This document shows, one piece after another, positions 38,174 through 45,035 of a stretch of 64,000 nt of DNA (its first letter is position 1; every line of letters starts with the position of its first letter). The notes under the pieces are model-generated. The model saw nothing but the letters and a program-made list of their open reading frames with translations. It was not told the origin of the DNA and searched no databases. Location of the stretch: contig CAWBBX010000101.1 of assembly GCA_963787005.1 (NCBI GenBank), forward strand, positions 12,835-76,834, written 5' to 3'. The position numbers and the translations under genes are program-made. This DNA is from an uncultured Bacteroidota bacterium (lineage in GTDB: Bacteria; Bacteroidota; Ignavibacteria; Ignavibacteriales; Ignavibacteriaceae).

Positions 38174-38676
38174 GAAGACTCTTTGCATTAAGAAACCTTC
38201 GGGGTTACTTTCAAAACCCCGATGGTTGCATAAAAATTGTAGGGACAACTCATGAGTTGTCCATACATCGTATTAATATAACTGAGTAATCTTGAAGGTC
38301 TTAAAAAGCGACCTTCAAGGTTAAATAATTGTAATATTAGAAATGAAACTGCACGAGGAACTTTTCGTTTTTAACCGAAGAAGAGAAAAGTTTGAAAGAA
38401 ATGATATTTTTTTGTAGAGACGACCCGGCGGGTCGGCTCTACTAAAAATATTATTGATTACATAATTGCGGGGCGAAGCTGTGCTTCACCCTACAAAACA
38501 AAAACCTTCGGGGTTACCTTCAAAACCCCGATGGTTGCATAAAAATCGTAGGGACAACTCATGAGTTGTCCCTACATCGTATTAATAATTACCTGATTGA
38601 GCAACCTTGAAGGCTTGCCTGCCGGTAGGCAGGGCAGGCAAGTCTTAAAAAGTGACCTTCAAAGTTTAAATCTATT

Positions 38677-39801
38677 TTAATAATAGAAATGAAATTGCAC
38701 TAGGAACACGTCGTTCTTTACAGAGGGCGATTCGAACTGGAACCTGTACTGCGGCCGGACTTCAACAAAGCTGTACGGGAAGAACTCGGCGCCGACAATA
38801 AATCTCGATACTTCGTCTCCGCTAACACTCGTGTTGGGATCAAATTTATCGTAGCGTAATATTCCTTCCAAGCCTTTTACTATTCTGTATGAACCTTTAA
38901 GCATAAGAGCAGATGAGTTAGCGCCCACCGATTCGTAATCGCTCGCCATATCGTATTCACCCATCAGCGTAAAATTACCTACTCCGAATCCCGCGTAACC
39001 TCCGTACATATTAATTTTATGCTCTGTAGGTAGCGGCGTGTAAATAAGAGGACCGCGGAAATTTGTATACGACGCTCCGAGCAGAACCGCTACCTTGCTC
39101 GCTATTACCGGATTAACCTGTATGCTCGCAGTGTATGTGGGATCGCTGTTGAAGTTTAAATTAACGGGACTCCCGACGCTGGCCGTTATCAGCCCGACAT
39201 CACCTATATTATAGCCGAGCTCAACGCCTGTAACGCTGTACCTGGGATCGAATATTAAACCTCTCCTTTGATTTGTGGTAAACAAGTAGCCGAGGTCTCC
39301 GCCTCGCGTGTACGCCGTATGATCATCTATGCGCAGACCGAAATCAGGATAAAAAGTACCGGCTTTAACGTAGCTTTCGTTGGGAAGAATATGCGCTACC
39401 GCGAACGCCTCCCACGTCTGGTTTACAAAATCATATTGTGCGTAAGCGTTGATTTCATCGCTCAGATCAACGTTTGTATACATAGTACCTTCCATCTTCT
39501 GGAATGCGGTCTTGCCGAACTGCTGGGAGTAAACGTATTGAGTTCTATAATCCAATCCGACTTCAATATTATCGGCGATGTGATTATCCATCTTAAAAGA
39601 TTTATCTCTCGGCGAGACTAGCGGAAGAACTTTCCAGCCGAAATGCCAGCCGCCTTTGTTCCTCATTCCTCCGCCGGTAGGATCGATGTGGCAGTCGATG
39701 CAGCGGGCCCCCATTCTGAGCGCGAACCTGGGAAGAGCGTAGCTGCTGCCGATCCCCATAAAAATAAAAGCGGCAATCATAAAATACTTGGTATACTTCA
39801 T
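38677..39801 (-). CDS. fused monohaem cytochrome c / outer-membrane beta-barrel protein (Cyc2-like architecture)
   Basis: Start set at MKYTKYFMIAAFIFMGIGSSYA (signal peptide). A single CIDCH follows ~11 residues after the predicted cleavage site. About 340 aa of beta-strand-like alternating sequence then end in ...VFLVQFHFYY*. Confidence 0.55.
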   Translation of the reverse strand: MKYTKYFMIAAFIFMGIGSSYALPRFALRMGARCIDCHIDPTGGGMRNKGGWHFGWKVLPLVSPRDKSFKMDNHIADNIEVGLDYRTQYVYSQQFGKTAFQKMEGTMYTNVDLSDEINAYAQYDFVNQTWEAFAVAHILPNESYVKAGTFYPDFGLRIDDHTAYTRGGDLGYLFTTNQRRGLIFDPRYSVTGVELGYNIGDVGLITASVGSPVNLNFNSDPTYTASIQVNPVIASKVAVLLGASYTNFRGPLIYTPLPTEHKINMYGGYAGFGVGNFTLMGEYDMASDYESVGANSSALMLKGSYRIVKGLEGILRYDKFDPNTSVSGDEVSRFIVGAEFFPYSFVEVRPQYRFQFESPSVKNDVFLVQFHFYY

Positions 39802-40131
39802 GCGTTTATTCCTTTTATTTAAGTGTAATATAAACTCTATGCTTAATCGGAAGAGAGGGCAATTTAACATTTACAATGTCCAAATTCTTACGGAATTGTG
39901 TCTTACGGCAAATCTCATAATCATTAGTGAGGTAAACGGCATAAAAGTACCAAATCTTTTGCCGTAGATATTTACACCAGAGAATTTTACTGTACAATTT
40001 TGACATAAATTGAATGTTTCATATTTAACCGAATCAAATCGACAGCGCTAATGCCCGACCTTCGTCGTCTAATTTTACATTGATTAAGAATGCTCACTTA
40101 GTTACTTTTAGTTTTATATAAATTTGCGACT

Positions 40132-41274
40132 ATGAAACAAGTTTTAATCTTAGGTTCTACCGGTTCGATAGGGGTAAATACACTTAATGTCATACGAAAC
40201 TTCCCCGACAAGTTTAAGATTACCGCTCTTACAGTAAATACCAAAATTGATCTGCTCGAACCTCAAATAGAAGAATTTAACCCCGAAGCAGTTGTTGTAA
40301 AAGACAAAAAGGCGGCCGCGGTTCTGCGGAAAAGGATCGGCGGCAAGTGCGAAGTCCTTTCCGGCAGCGAAGGCCTTCTCAGCGCTGCATCCGATCTCGA
40401 TTACGACATATTCGTCGGTGCTATGGTGGGATTCAGCGGACTTGCGCCTGCTATTGAGGCTGTAAAGAGAGGTAAGATTATCGCTCTCGCCAACAAGGAA
40501 ACACTGGTTGTGGCGGGCGAGCTGGTTACAAAATTATGTGAAGAAAACGGCGCGAGATTAATTCCCATAGATTCCGAACACAGCGCGATATTCCAGTGCC
40601 TGGAAGGCGAAGATAGAAACCGGATAGAGAAGATTATTTTAACGGCTTCGGGCGGACCGTTTTTAAATTACGAAAAATCATCGCTCGAAAACGTTTCGGT
40701 AAAGGAAGCGCTCAATCATCCCAACTGGAACATGGGAAATAAGATCACCATCGACTCGGCATCGATGATGAACAAAGGATTGGAAGTAATTGAAGCTAAG
40801 TGGCTGTTCGGGATGGAGCCGGATAAAATCGATATCGTTATTCATCCGCAGTCTATCGTACATTCAATAGTACAGTTTATCGATGGATCTATGAAAGCGC
40901 AGATGGGGCTGCCGGATATGAAACTCCCCATCCAGTATGCGCTCACGTACCCGGAGAGGCAAAAAAATAATTTTGAACGGACAAACCTTCCTAAAATCGG
41001 AAACCTCAGTTTCCTGGAGCCTGACCCGGAGAAGTTCGAATGCTTAAAAATTGCATACAACGCTTTGAATACCGGAGGCACTGCGCCGTGTATAATGAAC
41101 GCTGCCAATGAGGTAGCGGTAGATAAATTCCTTAAAGGGAATATACCGTTCCCCGGCATTCCGAAGCTAATTATGAAGGCTCTCGACAAGATTGAGAATC
41201 ATAAATCGCCGGATCTGGATATCATTTTCGATTGCGACCGGCAAACCCGCGAATACACTTCAGGATTAACCTGA
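40132..41274 (+). CDS. dxr: 1-deoxy-D-xylulose 5-phosphate reductoisomerase
   Basis: ILGSTGSIG, LANKE, IDSEHSAIFQC, NKGLE. Confidence 0.93.
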   Translation: MKQVLILGSTGSIGVNTLNVIRNFPDKFKITALTVNTKIDLLEPQIEEFNPEAVVVKDKKAAAVLRKRIGGKCEVLSGSEGLLSAASDLDYDIFVGAMVGFSGLAPAIEAVKRGKIIALANKETLVVAGELVTKLCEENGARLIPIDSEHSAIFQCLEGEDRNRIEKIILTASGGPFLNYEKSSLENVSVKEALNHPNWNMGNKITIDSASMMNKGLEVIEAKWLFGMEPDKIDIVIHPQSIVHSIVQFIDGSMKAQMGLPDMKLPIQYALTYPERQKNNFERTNLPKIGNLSFLEPDPEKFECLKIAYNALNTGGTAPCIMNAANEVAVDKFLKGNIPFPGIPKLIMKALDKIENHKSPDLDIIFDCDRQTREYTSGLT

Positions 41275-41445
41275 GTTTTCTCGCTTTAAACAGATAAGGA
41301 TTATATTTATCTTTTACGCTCAATTTTAGGATGATATATCACCCCTGCCTACCGGTTTACATACCGAGGGTATGCAGGCAGGCGCGACATTTTCATATGA
41401 CACTATATAGAAATTTACCTTTTTAAAACGGAGACCCCAGACTAG

Positions 41446-42798
41446 ATGAATTATATTATATATTTTGCAATTACGATCGGAATCCTGGTATTCATTCACG
41501 AATTCGGACATTTTGCAGCCGCAAAGCTCTGCGGCATGAGAGCCGATGTTTTCGCTATAGGATTCGGAAAACGACTGTTCGGATGGAACAAACTGACCGG
41601 TTTTACCTTCGGTGATCTTCCTAAGGATTTCGACGGTGAAGGACATACCGATTACCGGCTCAGTCTTCTTCCGCTCGGCGGATATGTGAAGATAGCGGGT
41701 ATGGTTGACGAAAGCTTCGACACAGAGTTCGCTGACCAGGAGCCGAAGCCGTACGAATTCCGCGCGCGGCCGACTTACCAGAAAGTTATTGTTATAACCG
41801 CCGGCGTTTTGATGAACCTCCTGCTTGCCTTAATGGTATTCTGGGGAGCGAACTTCTTCCACGGCAAGCCTTACAGAGAAACAACCACAATCGGCTATGT
41901 TGAGCCCAACACGGGGGCGAGCTCGCTGGGTATAAAAGCCGGCGATAAGATACTCGATATAAACGGAACGCCCGTAAAAAACTGGGAAGATGTCACAAAC
42001 GATTTAATAAGATCCATCGGCAAGACTACAACTCTTAAACTTTCCAGCGGAAGTGAAACAAAAACAATTGAGGCGCCGAACAACTCCGTATTCTCCGCCG
42101 AGACGGGCGAAATTTATATTCTTCCTACGGGTGTAAGACCGTTAATAGGCGATGTACTTCCGGGATCCCCGGCCGAAAAAGCGGGCGTAAAACCGGGTGA
42201 TATCTTTTTAAAACTGGACGGGCAGCAGCTGTACAGCAGCAAGGAAGCTACAGCGATAATTTCCGGGAATAAGGGTAAACAAATTCCGCTGGAAGTATTG
42301 AGAGGAAAAGATACTGTTAAACTTGCGGTAATCCCCGGAGCGGACGGAATGATCGGTGTGGGAATAAACGAAGTTTTTACGGGTCCGGTAAAATATGATA
42401 CTTACGGATTCTTTGAATCATTCTATTACGGCTGGACGGATATAGTCAATTATACCGACCTGACTTTCAACATGCTAGGAAAGGTAATCAAGGGTCAGAT
42501 AGCTTTCGGGAAAGCATTCGGCGGACCGATAAAGATCGCCCAGTTCGCCGTTAGATCGGCAGACAACGGATTTGTGAGCTTCTTAGGCTTTCTCGCGCTG
42601 CTCAGTCTCAGTCTTGCCATTATTAATATTCTTCCCTTCCCGGTTCTCGACGGCGGACATCTTGTCATCATTTTAATTGAAGGAATCTTGAAGCGGGAAA
42701 TACCGATAAAAGTGAAGATCGCGATTCAAAATACGGGCTTCGTTATTCTTCTTTTATTGATGGCGTTTATCATCTACAACGATATTATAAATCTGTAA
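41446..42798 (+). CDS. rseP: RIP metalloprotease RseP (site-2 protease)
   Basis: HEFGH motif in TM1, PDZ domains, and a C-terminal NILPFPVLDGGH. Confidence 0.9.
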   Translation: MNYIIYFAITIGILVFIHEFGHFAAAKLCGMRADVFAIGFGKRLFGWNKLTGFTFGDLPKDFDGEGHTDYRLSLLPLGGYVKIAGMVDESFDTEFADQEPKPYEFRARPTYQKVIVITAGVLMNLLLALMVFWGANFFHGKPYRETTTIGYVEPNTGASSLGIKAGDKILDINGTPVKNWEDVTNDLIRSIGKTTTLKLSSGSETKTIEAPNNSVFSAETGEIYILPTGVRPLIGDVLPGSPAEKAGVKPGDIFLKLDGQQLYSSKEATAIISGNKGKQIPLEVLRGKDTVKLAVIPGADGMIGVGINEVFTGPVKYDTYGFFESFYYGWTDIVNYTDLTFNMLGKVIKGQIAFGKAFGGPIKIAQFAVRSADNGFVSFLGFLALLSLSLAIINILPFPVLDGGHLVIILIEGILKREIPIKVKIAIQNTGFVILLLLMAFIIYNDIINL

Positions 42799-42804
42799 TC
42801 ATTT

Positions 42805-42838
42805 AAACCTCCTAGGTTTAAGAAAACCTCGGAGGTTT
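42805..42838. repeat. 34-nt double-hairpin element
   Basis: AAACCTCCTAGGTTT-AAGA-AAACCTCGGAGGTTT. It is the reverse complement of 63772-63805 with one mismatch. Confidence 0.55.
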
Positions 42839-43080
42839 GGTCCGTTCATAACATTCCATACCCCCGTTCATCATAAAATAAAACCACTGATAATATTATA
42901 TCGGCCTTTTGCTGCGGCTACCCCTAATTTTCATCCAGCGAATAGAAACAGAGAAGACAGTGATTGGTTATTCTCTCTCTCCTTAATCCCCCCTCCGACC
43001 AAGGGGGGATTAATTATTTTGACGCGTATGGAAACCTTGGTATAAAAATTTTCATTTATATTTAGATACGATTATATTAC

Positions 43081-44232
43081 ATGAAACTTAATAAACTGCC
43101 TTATAATAATTTAGAGAGGCACGTCCCGGATGCTTTTACCGAAGAGGGACTCGATATAAAAACCAGGATGAAGAGAAAAAACGTCTATTGGATCACCCAG
43201 CTTTCGGGGTGGGTATTCTTCGCGCTGATTAACACAGTAATCGTCCTCGCGTTCGACGGTTTTTCCTGGCAGAAGATCATATTAATCCTCTACCTCTGCT
43301 TCACCGGCATTTCACTTACTCACATTTTCCGTTATGTTATTAAGAAAAAGAACTGGCTTACTCTTCCTTTAAAAAAGATAGTCCCGAGAGTGCTGGTATC
43401 CTGCGTGATCATCGGGGCAGTTATGTTCGTTTTGTATTTCGGCGTAAATTTAGGCGCGGGGATTTACCATTTCTCAAAGTTCAAAGTCGGCACACCGCTA
43501 ATTGGAATATTTAATTTAAGCAGTGTAACTTTGCTGTGGGCCTTAATCTATTTTTCGGTACATTACTTCGAAAATTACAGGAAGGTCCAGATAGAATCCC
43601 TCATATGGGAAGCGGCGGTGAAGGATTTTGAGCTGAAGACTTTAAAATCGCAGCTCAACCCGCATTTCATGTTCAACGCACTGAACAGCATAAGGGCTTT
43701 GATAGGGGAAGACCCCATGAGCGCGCAGACCGCGGTTACAAAACTCTCGAACATTCTCAGATATTCTTTGAAGATGGAAAGGACGGAAACCGTCCCGCTG
43801 GAAGAGGAAATAAGGACCGTTTCGGATTACCTGGCGCTCGAATCGATACGTTTCGAAGAGCGGCTGAAGTTCGATATAAATATTTCCCCCGGCTCGGCGC
43901 GGGTGGAGATACCGCCGATGATGGTGCAGACCCTGGTTGAGAACGCCATTAAGCACGGTGTATCGAAGAGAACTGAGGGCGGCTCCGTATCCATTAACAC
44001 CAGCGTTGAAGATTCGACGCTTCAAATTTTTATTAAAAATACCGGCCGCATCGACGAGAAGGAAATGCTCAATTCCGGCGGCTTCGGTGTAAGCAACACC
44101 AAGCACCGTCTCAGCCTTCTATACGGAGAAGCGGCCAACTTCACAATCCAGAATTGTTCCGATAACGAAGTACTCGCAAAAATAGTAATTCCAACCGGAG
44201 GTATCAGATATGAAAGCTTTAATAATAGATGA
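43081..44232 (+). CDS. LytS/YehU-type sensor histidine kinase
   Basis: Multi-TM N-terminus, LKSQLNPHFMFNALNSI (His_kinase H-box), NAIKHG, and GGFGVSNT. Confidence 0.85.
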   Translation: MKLNKLPYNNLERHVPDAFTEEGLDIKTRMKRKNVYWITQLSGWVFFALINTVIVLAFDGFSWQKIILILYLCFTGISLTHIFRYVIKKKNWLTLPLKKIVPRVLVSCVIIGAVMFVLYFGVNLGAGIYHFSKFKVGTPLIGIFNLSSVTLLWALIYFSVHYFENYRKVQIESLIWEAAVKDFELKTLKSQLNPHFMFNALNSIRALIGEDPMSAQTAVTKLSNILRYSLKMERTETVPLEEEIRTVSDYLALESIRFEERLKFDINISPGSARVEIPPMMVQTLVENAIKHGVSKRTEGGSVSINTSVEDSTLQIFIKNTGRIDEKEMLNSGGFGVSNTKHRLSLLYGEAANFTIQNCSDNEVLAKIVIPTGGIRYESFNNR

Positions 44233-44929
44233 TGAAAGATTAGCAAGGGTAGAGCTGCGCAGACTGCTCGCGCCTTTCAAGGAAATTAACATCGTCGACG
44301 AGGCGGTTAACGCCGAAGATGCTCTCAATAAAATAACCGAACATAACCCGGACCTGATATTCCTCGATATACAAATGCCGGGCAAGAACGGGTTTGAAAT
44401 GCTGGAAGAACTCGACAGCGTTCCGACCGTCGTCTTCACAACCGCGTACGACGAATACGCGCTTAAGGCGTTCGAGTACAACGCGATGGATTACCTGCTG
44501 AAGCCGATAGAGCCAAAGCGGCTGGAAGAGACCGTAAAGAAGGTCATTGAGAAAAACATAAAGGCTACCGCACAGGCTTCCGATACGCCTGTACTTTCGG
44601 AGGAAGACCAGGTCTTCGTGAAGGACGGCGACAAGTGCTGGTTCGTTAAGCTTTCCACGGTGCGGCTTTTTGAATCGGAAGGAAACTACGTGCGTCTTTA
44701 CTTCGAGGAAAACAAGCCGCTAATACTGCGCACTTTAAATTATCTTGATGAGAGGCTGGACAACAAAATTTTCTTCCGCGCCAACCGCAAGCATATTGTA
44801 AATTTAAAGTGGATCGACAGCATAGAGCCCTGGCTGAACGGCGGACTTCTCGTAAAGCTTAAAGGCGGAAATAAGATTGAAGTTTCAAGAAGGCAGGCGA
44901 TTAAGTTTAAAGATATGCTGAGTCTTTAA
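44210..44929 (+). CDS. LytTR-family response regulator
   Basis: Receiver (ALIIDDE...DIQMPGKNG) plus a LytTR output domain. 23-nt overlap with the kinase gene. Confidence 0.9.
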   Translation: MKALIIDDERLARVELRRLLAPFKEINIVDEAVNAEDALNKITEHNPDLIFLDIQMPGKNGFEMLEELDSVPTVVFTTAYDEYALKAFEYNAMDYLLKPIEPKRLEETVKKVIEKNIKATAQASDTPVLSEEDQVFVKDGDKCWFVKLSTVRLFESEGNYVRLYFEENKPLILRTLNYLDERLDNKIFFRANRKHIVNLKWIDSIEPWLNGGLLVKLKGGNKIEVSRRQAIKFKDMLSL

Positions 44930-44944
44930 TTATCAAAACGAAGC

Positions 44945-45016
44945 AACCTTCAAGGTCGACACTCGGGCTTTTCGATTATTTAAACTTCTAACTTTATTTT
45001 TGTGACCTTGAAGGTT
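44945..45016. repeat. isolated copy of array hairpin stem with a long loop, between convergent genes
   Basis: AACCTTCAAGGTC...46 nt...GACCTTGAAGGTT uses the same 13-bp arms as the array hairpin. It lies between the LytTR (+) and OMP (-) stops. Confidence 0.5.
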
Positions 45017-45035
45017 ACCGTCTTTAATTAGATGA

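Larger units (their letters stand above)
36830..38676. repeat. tandem mosaic array of five ~310-bp units built from REP-like hairpins
   Basis: Unit anchors AAAAGTTTG at 36833, 37146, 37731, 38075 and 38386. The perfect 28-nt palindrome GTAGGGACAACTCATGAGTTGTCCCTAC is at 36996, 37294, 37926, 38239 (1 mismatch) and 38548. The AACCTTGAAGGTC...GACCTTCAAGGTT hairpin is at 37046, 37347, 37976, 38288 and 38603. Confidence 0.9.

Noticed and set aside
36638-38289. ORFs from the track lying inside the hairpin array (36638-37012+, 36806-36988-, 37036-37239-, 38032-38289+).
   Set aside because: Their sequences are simply translations of the palindromic modules (e.g. ...VGTTHELSIH..., ...RDAPVGCL...). 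They overlap each other on both strands, they differ between otherwise identical units because of indels, and they have no start context.
36830-38676. Possibility that the array is a CRISPR locus.
   Set aside because: The repeat period is ~310 bp, not 25-40 nt repeats alternating with unique spacers. The material between conserved hairpins is itself repeated. No cas genes are present in the window.
41326-41646. 106-aa minus-strand ORF overlapping the rseP start.
   Set aside because: It overlaps the N-terminal HEFGH-containing part of a clearly real gene and runs through a palindromic repeat (41344-41382). It is most likely spurious.
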